A stretch of 22,338 nt of DNA from a virus: the UHGV virus genome UHGV-0114988, one strand, 5' to 3'. Below the pieces are notes generated by a model. The model was not told the DNA's origin. It made no database searches and saw only the letters and a program-made list of their open reading frames with translations. The translations under genes were made by a program, and so were the position numbers. Positions 7,591-14,569 of the stretch are shown in pieces; the first letter of the stretch is position 1; the number at the start of each line of letters is the position of its first letter.

Positions 7591-7791
7591 TTACACCTTT
7601 TGTCTAGCTGTCACTTCCTGAAAAAGTTTTTCTATCGCACGTACTGTAGAAAAGCGAGGGTCAGAATGAACCCCGGTAAGAAGCCGACTAATAGAAGACT
7701 GCTTCACGCCTGCAATTTCGGCAATTTGGTTTTGGGTATACCCTGAATCAATCAAGCTTTTGACCATCTCTTGTGGTGTTAGTCCGGACAT
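7591..7791 (-). CDS. Cro-like small HTH DNA-binding protein (66 aa)
   Basis: HTH-like segment YTQNQIAEIAGVKQSSISRLLTG. Divergent from the CI-like repressor, first gene of the minus-strand early operon, GGAGA RBS. Confidence 0.6.
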   Translation of the reverse strand: MSGLTPQEMVKSLIDSGYTQNQIAEIAGVKQSSISRLLTGVHSDPRFSTVRAIEKLFQEVTARQKV

Positions 7792-7932
7792 ATTTAAGTC
7801 TCCACTTTCGTCTATAGCGCAAATTTATACGAAAACGGATTACCCAGCAATACAGCAATTCTATGTCATCCTAGATTAAAATATCCGATAACGCATAATC
7901 ACCGTCCCTGTATACAACATGGATGAATCCAA
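7792..7932. promoter_or_regulatory. Divergent promoter/operator region between cro-like and cI-like genes
   Basis: 141-bp intergenic region containing a minus-strand TATAAAT (+ strand 7823-7829), the palindrome TGTATACA (about 7909-7916), and the motif GATAACGCATAATCA (7887-7901) that recurs twice downstream of cI. Confidence 0.5.
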
Positions 7933-8607
7933 ATGATTGATACTACCGATATCCTTTCTCAAAACATCAAGTACCTGATGGACAAAGCCAAGATAAGCTC
8001 GATAACTGAGCTGGCACGTCGGTTACAGCTGAACCAACCAACGCTACACAGGCTGGTATCAGGAGAGGTGAAAGATCCGAAATACGCAACGTTAAAGCAG
8101 ATCGCCGACTACTTCCACGTGTCACCAATAGACTTGGCAGAAAGGAGCCTTCAAGAAATGGAGAAAGAGGACGCGACAGGTATAAAAACGTATATTTCTC
8201 TTAGGTTTAATAAAGTACCTGTTTTGGGAAACACTCAGCTAGGCGTTGGAGGACTTTGGAGCGACACCCAATATTCAGTAGGTAGCAGTGATGGTTTCAT
8301 ATACTGGCCGACAAAGGATGAAGATGCATACGCCCTGAAATGTGTTGGTGATTCAATGATGCCTAGAATCAAAGAGGGGGAGTTCGTAATCGTCGAACCC
8401 AACCACGACTACACTCCTGGTGATGAAGTACTTGTGGTTACCCGGGACGGTGAGGTCATGGTTAAAACCTTCTTGTTCGAACGCGATGGCCTGTTCCATC
8501 TAATGTCTGTAAATGAAGATCATCCACCAGTCAGAGTACCACGCGAAAACATTGAAAAAATCCATTACGTGGCGGGGATCGCCAAATCCGCGCTACGTAT
8601 GTACTAA
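7933..8607 (+). CDS. cI: CI-like prophage repressor: N-terminal HTH plus C-terminal LexA/S24-type autopeptidase domain
   Basis: N-terminal HTH (SITELARRLQLNQPTLHRLVSG); C-terminal GDSMMP (Ser nucleophile) and VMVKTF (Lys) consistent with an S24 Ser-Lys dyad; 224 aa. Confidence 0.85.
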   Translation: MIDTTDILSQNIKYLMDKAKISSITELARRLQLNQPTLHRLVSGEVKDPKYATLKQIADYFHVSPIDLAERSLQEMEKEDATGIKTYISLRFNKVPVLGNTQLGVGGLWSDTQYSVGSSDGFIYWPTKDEDAYALKCVGDSMMPRIKEGEFVIVEPNHDYTPGDEVLVVTRDGEVMVKTFLFERDGLFHLMSVNEDHPPVRVPRENIEKIHYVAGIAKSALRMY

Positions 8608-8640
8608 CCTTTACAGTCTGATAACTTACTTCTGATCAAA

Positions 8641-8670
8641 CCGCTCTCCACAAGGGCGGTTTTCTTATTT
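8641..8670 (+). terminator. Intrinsic terminator after cI (CCGCTC-loop-GGGCGG plus TTTTCTTATTT)
   Basis: 6-bp stem (including one G-U pair) followed by a T-rich run, 34 nt after the cI stop. Confidence 0.45.
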
Positions 8671-8691
8671 GCAAAATAATTCATTTTCGCA

Positions 8692-8721
8692 TTGACACAA
8701 AATCCCATAACGCATATAAAT
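8692..8721 (+). promoter_or_regulatory. Near-consensus sigma70 promoter (TTGACA-17 nt-TATAAA(T)); candidate early-left pL-type promoter, overlapped by operator-like repeats
   Basis: TTGACA at 8692-8697, 17-nt spacer, TATAAA at 8715-8720. Motifs CATAACGCATATAAA (8706-8720) and GATATCGCATAATCA (8724-8738) overlap the -10 and start region; the latter matches the cro/cI intergenic site at 14 of 15 positions. Confidence 0.5.
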
Positions 8722-8756
8722 ACGATATCGCATAATCAATGCATTTTTTAATACTG

Positions 8757-8768
8757 GCTCTTTAACAA
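8757..8768 (+). promoter_or_regulatory. boxA-like antitermination element GCTCTTTAACAA
   Basis: 12-nt identity to the rrn-type boxA core (UGCUCUUUAACAA) as recalled, about 35 nt downstream of the predicted start of the pL-like promoter. Confidence 0.4.
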
Positions 8769-8913
8769 ACTAAACCGCGTGACAGGTAAGCCGCAGTACT
8801 CCTGGCAAAATGAAATGGCACCCGATGGGATCGAGGTAAGCGCCGAGTCCGTATGCGTACGGTAAGCGTAGAGGACAACACCGCGACAAACTGATAAGTC
8901 ACGCAAGTTGAAA

Positions 8914-8944
8914 CGCCCCGACGATGGGGCGCTTAGTTCCTTTT
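8914..8944. terminator. Hairpin CGCCCC-GACGAT-GGGGCG with U-rich flanks (terminator-like, possibly bidirectional)
   Basis: 6-bp GC stem; CTTAGTTCCTTTT follows on + strand and TTTCAACTT on - strand. Lies about 80 nt 3' of the minus-strand gene 9026..9550 and about 190 nt downstream of the pL-like start. Confidence 0.35.
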
Positions 8945-9025
8945 GGGGTGGGGTGAAGATCAGTCCATTGAGTCAATCCGAAGTTCAGCATCTACCACTA
9001 CACCACCACCAAAGAGAACTGCTAA

Positions 9026-9550
9026 TCATCTGGCAGGTTGTAACGGTGCAGGAATTTTGCCACTGACTTCTATATTTCGGGGAAATTTATATTCAGCGGA
9101 GCATTTATGACACTTGAGAATTTTATAAGCGGCATTAGAAGTATGGTATTGAAGTATAGACTTCATACCCGACTCATAGCATGTAGTACAAAGATAATGA
9201 GGCTTGAACTCAGGATCGTCAGTAGGCTTCAGTACATAGACCACCGTATTGGTAATCGGGTGGTACATTTCATAGTTCATTTTCTCACTATCCCAATCCT
9301 GTTTCTTTTCCAGAAGGGATTCGAGTTCAACAATGCGCTGTTTAGCTTCGTTCAAAAGCTCCGTTAGTGCGAATTGTCCAGTACGCGCATCAATTAGTTT
9401 ATCAAGTAGATCGATAGTTTTACTTTTAACATTGTAATCCACCTGCAACGCATTAACTTCTTTTGCTAAATCAACAGCACCTTTCAAAGCACCACCAGCA
9501 CTAGTGGCCGCCTCAGTTATACGCCGTACAAGTCCTTTTTCTTCAGACAT
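9026..9550 (-). CDS. Hypothetical coiled-coil protein with C-terminal Cys4 zinc ribbon (174 aa); moron-like gene opposed to the early-left operon
   Basis: ATG ORF; N-terminal 100 aa predicted helical/coiled-coil; CxxC...CxxC (CTTCYE...CHKCSAEY) at the C-terminus. No family recognised. Confidence 0.55.
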   Translation of the reverse strand: MSEEKGLVRRITEAATSAGGALKGAVDLAKEVNALQVDYNVKSKTIDLLDKLIDARTGQFALTELLNEAKQRIVELESLLEKKQDWDSEKMNYEMYHPITNTVVYVLKPTDDPEFKPHYLCTTCYESGMKSILQYHTSNAAYKILKCHKCSAEYKFPRNIEVSGKIPAPLQPAR

Positions 9551-9570
9551 CTTAATTCTCTCTAAAACTA

Positions 9571-9620
9571 TAGGGGTAAAGAGATATTAGCCGAATTCTC
9601 GCTGTAGGGGTACAGAGAGA
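9571..9620. repeat. Two direct repeats TAGGGGTA(A/C)AGAGA spaced about 34 bp, upstream of the minus-strand gene 9026..9550
   Basis: Read directly at 9571-9584 and 9605-9620; plausible promoter/operator elements. Confidence 0.3.
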
Positions 9621-9678
9621 GCCATCTCGTCTGACGTGGTTAAAACTGACATCCATGTAATTGCTGTGTGTAGCCTTT

Positions 9679-9707
9679 GCCCGCCTCAAGTGACGGGCTT
9701 TTTTATG
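9679..9707 (+). terminator. Intrinsic terminator (GCCCG-N10-CGGGC plus TTTTTTAT) on + strand
   Basis: 5-bp GC stem, 10-nt loop, 6-T tract, about 55 nt upstream of the small ORF at 9764. Confidence 0.4.
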
Positions 9708-9763
9708 TCTGAAAGCGCACTCGCAACAGCGCGCTCCCCGATATGAAAAAAGGAATACAACCG

Positions 9764-9913
9764 ATGAAACCTGAACACATCCATCGACTGACGGGGCGCG
9801 ATGTTCTCCGTTATCGCCGTAAAAACTTCGATTTGATGACCGGTCTGGCCGTTGCCACTGCGCTCGGTCTGATCATCACTTTCATTCTCCTTGTAGCGAG
9901 GACCACAGTATGA
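9764..9913 (+). CDS. Hypothetical small tail-anchored membrane protein (49 aa; alternative start at 9743 gives 56 aa)
   Basis: [49 protein letters not shown]: basic N-terminus, C-terminal TM helix. AAGGA RBS 8 nt upstream. Stop TGA overlaps the ATG of the next gene (ATGA). Confidence 0.4.
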   Translation: MKPEHIHRLTGRDVLRYRRKNFDLMTGLAVATALGLIITFILLVARTTV

Positions 9914-10812
9914 GTTTAGAAACCAGTCTCGAACTTAATAATCAACTTCTGGCACAACATAATGCGCTGCTTGAACGTCTTATCCGCACAATGGCATCAG
10001 GTATTGTTATGCATCCTGACACGATTTCACGAGTGCAGGAATGTCGGGATACAGCAACTGAAGCTGAAAACATGTCAGCGGCAATGACACTGGATGATCT
10101 GGAGTTCAGCGACGTTATCGCACTGGCTGGTTTCTACCCGGTAGCCACCCCTATCACAGAAGACATGCTGCAACGTGCTGTTGCCTACCGTGATGCTGAA
10201 GGCGATAAACGAGTAGTTCAGATTGATGCTCTCGACAGCGCATTGCAGGGCGTCAAACGAGCCAGGGCGCTGCTTAAACCTGCTCTCCTGGACCTGTCCC
10301 GTAACATTCTTAAGTTCTGGGACGACCTGCCAACCATCGGCGAGCGACGTGCTTTTGCCGAGCAGCTACTTGATGCACCTGCAGATGGGCGTGATGAAGT
10401 TAAACCGAAAAAGGCTAGTGACAAAGATGGAGAACGCACGGGGCCGTTTTACGTCAAAAATATATCCGGCACAGCAGCCAGTGAACTCCACACCTTACGC
10501 AAGTTGAACGAGATGCTTAAAAAAGGCCATATCGAGATCAACCGTGTTGAGTACCTTCAGCTGCAGGAAGAATTTGCACGCAGAGACGCAGCAAATTCCA
10601 GCCAGAATAATGACGCCAAAGATGACCATACAATTGATTTCGCGGCACTACGCAAACAAGCTGAAGGGTTGATCCTCCAGTTAGCAAAAGGGGGTTACCG
10701 GGCAGAAGCTATTGCAATTCTGGAAAAACAGGGAGCCAGGAAACTTGGTGAAGTAATGGATGAAAATCTCGCTGAAGTAATCACCCTAGCTGAAAAAGCA
10801 CTGGAGGGTTAA
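9910..10812 (+). CDS. Hypothetical acidic helical protein (300 aa), first large gene of the rightward replication/recombination operon
   Basis: Long ATG ORF in operon context, translationally coupled on both sides. No motif recognised. Confidence 0.55.
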   Translation: MSLETSLELNNQLLAQHNALLERLIRTMASGIVMHPDTISRVQECRDTATEAENMSAAMTLDDLEFSDVIALAGFYPVATPITEDMLQRAVAYRDAEGDKRVVQIDALDSALQGVKRARALLKPALLDLSRNILKFWDDLPTIGERRAFAEQLLDAPADGRDEVKPKKASDKDGERTGPFYVKNISGTAASELHTLRKLNEMLKKGHIEINRVEYLQLQEEFARRDAANSSQNNDAKDDHTIDFAALRKQAEGLILQLAKGGYRAEAIAILEKQGARKLGEVMDENLAEVITLAEKALEG

Positions 10813-10814
10813 TC

Positions 10815-12116
10815 ATGCCAGACGTTCACGCACAACTTTCTCCATCATCAGCGCATCGATGGATGCGCTGCCCAGGAAGTCTGGCGCTGGAGGCCACACA
10901 ACCGGATAAAGAAACAACTTTTGCAATCGAGGGCACTGCAGCGCACGCGCTTGCTGAAAAAGTTCTACGAAACAGGCAAAGCCACCCGGAACACTACGCC
11001 GGATGCAATGTTTCTATGTTTCTCGGCTCATACCCCCTTCGCGAAAATCCTGATGATACATCTGGCCCACAGGTGGATGATGAAATGGTCGAAGCCGTTG
11101 GGCGGTATGTTGATACGGTCTGGACTCTTGCACAGAATAATGAACTATTGGTTGAACAACGTGTTGATTTCTCACATATAACGGGGGTGGAAGAATCTTT
11201 CGGAACTGCCGACGGCATAATCATCGCTGGTAACGAATTACAAATCCACGACCTGAAATATGGCAAAGGCGTCCGCATTGATGCAGAACAAAATGAGCAA
11301 CTACAACTGTATGCTCTGGGTGCGCTCGAACAATTCAGCATGCTGTATGACTTTGAGACTGTAAGATTATTTATTCACCAGCCAAGGCTCAACCACGTTT
11401 CAGAATGGTCATTAACCGTACAGGAACTTCAGTCTTTCGGTGAACGGGCACAGGAGGCCGCAACCAGTGCGATCCTTGTTCTCAATATTGCTGAATGCGA
11501 AGGCATTGAGACACTACCGCTGGAAAACTTCATACCTGGAGAAAAACAGTGCCGCTTCTGTAAAGCAAAAGCTATTTGCACTGCCCAGAAAATGCAGCAT
11601 TTACAAACAGCGGCCAGCGATTTTGAAGATCTGACAAAGCCTGTCAGCGAAATAATCACCAATGCCAGCGCACGTGTACCTCTGTTAACCATTGAGCAGC
11701 TTGCGGAGATCTATAGCCAGGCCGACTTTATTGAATCCTGGCTAAAGGCAGTACGAGACCGGGTTCACAATGAACTCAATGCCGGACATCCGGTACCGGG
11801 GTTTAAACTGGTAACAGGAAAACAAGGTAACCGGGCCTGGAGTGATGAAGAGGCAGCTCGCGCACTTCTGAAGGACCAGTTCAGGTACAAAACTGAAGAA
11901 GTATTCGACTTTAAACTTATTAGCCCCACAAAAGCCGAAAAACTTATCAAAAAGGCCAGTCCGCGCCGTTGGTCAAAAGTCGAGGCACTGATAACACGAG
12001 CTGATGGTAAACCCACCGTCGTTCCCGAGTCAGACCCACGCCCCGCACTCAATATTAACCCTATAAATGATTTCGACGACGTATCCGACGATACGCTAAC
12101 CGCAGACCTCATCTGA
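10815..12116 (+). CDS. PD-(D/E)XK nuclease, Cas4/RecB-like phage exonuclease with C-terminal Cys cluster (family often annotated DUF2800)
   Basis: N-terminal [15 protein letters not shown]-x-K-type motif IHDLKYGKG, Cys cluster [10 protein letters not shown] suggesting an Fe-S or Zn site. 433 aa. Family assignment from memory. Confidence 0.7.
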   Translation: MPDVHAQLSPSSAHRWMRCPGSLALEATQPDKETTFAIEGTAAHALAEKVLRNRQSHPEHYAGCNVSMFLGSYPLRENPDDTSGPQVDDEMVEAVGRYVDTVWTLAQNNELLVEQRVDFSHITGVEESFGTADGIIIAGNELQIHDLKYGKGVRIDAEQNEQLQLYALGALEQFSMLYDFETVRLFIHQPRLNHVSEWSLTVQELQSFGERAQEAATSAILVLNIAECEGIETLPLENFIPGEKQCRFCKAKAICTAQKMQHLQTAASDFEDLTKPVSEIITNASARVPLLTIEQLAEIYSQADFIESWLKAVRDRVHNELNAGHPVPGFKLVTGKQGNRAWSDEEAARALLKDQFRYKTEEVFDFKLISPTKAEKLIKKASPRRWSKVEALITRADGKPTVVPESDPRPALNINPINDFDDVSDDTLTADLI

Positions 12117-12131
12117 TTTAAGGAAATCCCC

Positions 12132-12680
12132 ATGAAACTGAAGCTGAACAATGTTCGTCTGGCTTTCCCGTCTCTGTTTGAAGCTAAAACTGTAAACGGC
12201 GAAGGCGATCCACGTTTCTCCGCAGTATTTTTAATGTCACCCAAACACCCACAACTGGAAGAAATCCGTAAAGCTATGAAGCAGGTAGCGAAGGAAAAAT
12301 GGGGAGAGAAGTGGGAGTCCATTTATAACCAGCTGGAGAAAAAACTCAATCTGTGCCTGCATGATGGTGATGAAAAAGCAGAGTATGAAGGCTTCCCCGG
12401 TAATTTCTTCCTGAATGCTGCTAACAAAGCGCGCCCTGCTGTTCTTGATCGCGATCGTTCGCCACTGATTCAGGCTGATGGACGTCCCTATGCAGGGTGC
12501 TATGTAAACGCCGTTATCGATATCTGGGCACAGGACAATAATTTCGGTAAACGCATTAATGCCTCACTCGGCGGAGTCCAGTTCCTGCGAGACGGCGATG
12601 CATTCGCTGGCGGCGGAGTGGCAAGCGCTGACGATTTCGACGATATCAGCGAAGGTGCTGATGCTGAAGCACTGATTTAA
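12132..12680 (+). CDS. Phage ssDNA-binding-like protein (DUF2815-type), 182 aa, acidic C-terminal tail
   Basis: N-terminus MKLKLNNVRLAFPSLFEAK resembles DUF2815 proteins that accompany family-A polymerases in phage replication modules (recalled). Acidic tail DDFDDISEGADAEALI is SSB-like. Confidence 0.6.
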   Translation: MKLKLNNVRLAFPSLFEAKTVNGEGDPRFSAVFLMSPKHPQLEEIRKAMKQVAKEKWGEKWESIYNQLEKKLNLCLHDGDEKAEYEGFPGNFFLNAANKARPAVLDRDRSPLIQADGRPYAGCYVNAVIDIWAQDNNFGKRINASLGGVQFLRDGDAFAGGGVASADDFDDISEGADAEALI

Positions 12681-12694
12681 TCCTGCTTCACAGA

Positions 12695-12720
12695 CGCCCG
12701 GTTAAACGCCGGGTGTTTTT
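12695..12720 (+). terminator. Intrinsic terminator after the SSB-like gene (CCCGG-loop-CCGGG plus TTTTT)
   Basis: Stem of 5-7 bp followed by a T5 run, 15 nt after the stop codon. Confidence 0.4.
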
Positions 12721-13063
12721 GCAAAGGGGAATATGCCCAGAGCTACCTGTATTGTTCTGGTTAGCACCCAGTCGCCCTGCTACCCCGATATTGACTCATC
12801 GCCCCCTTCCGGTTTATGCTCACCGAATCTCCCAAATGGAGATCGGGATTTGCAACCCGGAATTGTTAGGGGCGACACCAGACGCGCCAGCGTCTTTTTT
12901 ATTGTCGCAAGCTTTGCCACGTTCGCATTATGGCGGGCTGGCGGGGGCGCTTCGGCGCGCCGGTTTCCTCTAACGCCGGTATTGCAAACCTCGTCAGTTC
13001 GCCACCCATATGAGATTTGCAACTCAGTGGTGGCGGTGAATTTCACCGTTAGAGGTAACTGTG

Positions 13064-13828
13064 ATGGCAACTCAGCTCATCCCCGTTTTCAACGGCGCTA
13101 TCGCCAACGAAACCACCCTGCTCTGCAATGCTCGCGATCTGCACGCATTCCTTGGGGTAGGGAAAGTGTTTGCAGCGTGGATTACATCACGAATTGCAGA
13201 CTATGAATTCGTTGAAAATCAGGATTATATCGTAACGTTTTCCAAAACTGGAAAGCGTAAAAATGTTCTTTGTAAGGACTACCACCTCACTCTCGATACA
13301 GCCAAAGAACTGGCGATGGTGGAGCGCAACGAAAAAGGCCGCCAGATCCGCCGATACTTCATCGAGTGCGAAAAGAAACTTCGCCAGCAATCCTCCACGA
13401 TACTGGCGCCACACAGGGAGTGTCTGCCGAAGATGGTTTACCATCACCGGAGCAAATACAATCCGTACAGGGCTTATGCATGGGACGGAGAGAAAAGCGT
13501 TTACGTCGGGTGCTATCCGACTGTGGATGAGGCTGTCGCTGCTCAGGAACGCTTCTACCGGAACGGCAGCACGAAACGCATTCAGAAGGCGCAGACAGCA
13601 GTCAGTGACGCAGAGAAGGAAATGTTCATCAACAATCTCCGCGCCGTCTGCCATAACTTCCGGCGCATCAATGAAATCTGGCGGGCGCAGTTAATGCCTG
13701 CTCTCGAAAAAATGGATTCGAAACTGGTTTACCAGCTGCATGACCGCTTCAGCGACAGCATGTGCATTCTGCCGACCATAGAAGACCGCATCGGCAGATA
13801 TATTCCGCCGTCACAGCTTCCACACTAA
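13064..13828 (+). CDS. AntA-family antirepressor-like protein with uncharacterised C-terminal domain (254 aa from ATG; track start is GTG at 13061)
   Basis: N-terminal region (ARDLHAFLGVGKVFAAWITSRIADYEFVENQDY ... YHLTLDTAKELAMVERNEKGRQIRRYFIECEKKL) resembles the AntA/AntB N-terminal domain as recalled. AGAGG RBS. Confidence 0.6.
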   Translation: MATQLIPVFNGAIANETTLLCNARDLHAFLGVGKVFAAWITSRIADYEFVENQDYIVTFSKTGKRKNVLCKDYHLTLDTAKELAMVERNEKGRQIRRYFIECEKKLRQQSSTILAPHRECLPKMVYHHRSKYNPYRAYAWDGEKSVYVGCYPTVDEAVAAQERFYRNGSTKRIQKAQTAVSDAEKEMFINNLRAVCHNFRRINEIWRAQLMPALEKMDSKLVYQLHDRFSDSMCILPTIEDRIGRYIPPSQLPH

Positions 13829-13839
13829 TTCCACAATTC

Positions 13840-13866
13840 GCCCCTGCTCAGTCAGGGGCTTTTTAT
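13840..13866 (+). terminator. Intrinsic terminator after the antA-like gene (GCCCCTG-N6-CAGGGGC plus TTTTTA)
   Basis: 7-bp stem and T-run read directly, 12 nt after the stop. Confidence 0.45.
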
Positions 13867-13943
13867 CACCGTTTAATTTACGGAGGACTTCGTTTTGTCT
13901 GAAAACACTGATTTAAAAAAAGCAAAGTATCAGACCTGTAATA

Positions 13944-14543
13944 TCATTTGGCCTGATACTTACTTGCATCTATTTTCAATAATTGGGAATTATACTTCTT
14001 TATAACGCCTCGTCCCGGAAAAAGAAACCAAAACATAAAAGCCATCCATATACACAGCAGCATTAAAACAGCGCTCATTCCTATAAAAACAGCGCCATAA
14101 TTTAACGACCAACAGAAAAATATCAAGCCATCAGCCAAATAAAAGATAGAAACAACTTTAGAACACCAGCGACATCGTTTGTATTTACCTTTGTAGCGTA
14201 TAAAGAATCTATCGTATTTACACTGAATATGGGGTGCTAAATAACCCCACTGCCAAAACGGCATTTTCAATTCAGAATACGTTCTGACATAAATAACTAA
14301 CGTTCTTAATTTCTGGCTACTTATACCTAATATACTTTTTTTAACTTCTCTTTTGATTTCTGCCTTCATAAACTCTACATCAGAAGGCTCAATATGCTCC
14401 GGATAATTCTTCAGAATATGCGAGAATTTTGTTGTTTTCGGTAAAAACCAACTAGCATCTTTAAATAACTTATAAACACCGACTGGTGCAGTTATGGCTG
14501 AAATTATGACTCCAACAAGTGAGATAATATCTTTCGTATCCAT
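13944..14543 (-). CDS. Hypothetical AT-rich membrane protein (about 199 aa from ATG at 14543; track ORF starts at a TTG at 14570)
   Basis: Markedly AT-rich codon usage relative to its neighbours; predicted TM helix at the N-terminus (IISLVGVIISAITAPVGVY) and two at the C-terminus; Lys/Arg/Cys-rich central region. Opposite strand to the flanking replication genes. Confidence 0.5.
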   Translation of the reverse strand: MDTKDIISLVGVIISAITAPVGVYKLFKDASWFLPKTTKFSHILKNYPEHIEPSDVEFMKAEIKREVKKSILGISSQKLRTLVIYVRTYSELKMPFWQWGYLAPHIQCKYDRFFIRYKGKYKRCRWCSKVVSIFYLADGLIFFCWSLNYGAVFIGMSAVLMLLCIWMAFMFWFLFPGRGVIKKYNSQLLKIDASKYQAK

Positions 14544-14569
14544 GTAGCTAATTCTTCGGAGTAAATACA

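Noticed and set aside
6967-7746. 259-aa ORF on the + strand
   Set aside because: Antisense within the primase-helicase gene and running into the cro-like gene; no RBS or motif support.
8770-9025. N-like antiterminator gene downstream of the pL-like promoter
   Set aside because: Only very short ATG ORFs (9-16 codons) and one 37-codon GTG ORF without an RBS are present; none is Arg-rich or N-like.
11765-12322. 185-aa ORF on the - strand
   Set aside because: Spans the nuclease/SSB-like gene junction on the opposite strand; Ser-rich low-complexity translation; the + strand genes are translationally coupled and motif-supported.
12713-13206. ORFs of 86-157 aa on the + strand in the SSB-like/antA-like spacer
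   Set aside because: They run through terminators and repeat elements and into the antA-like gene in another frame; Pro/Arg-rich low-complexity translation.
13187-13694. ORFs of 143-155 aa on both strands
   Set aside because: Internal alternative-frame or antisense ORFs within the antA-like gene.
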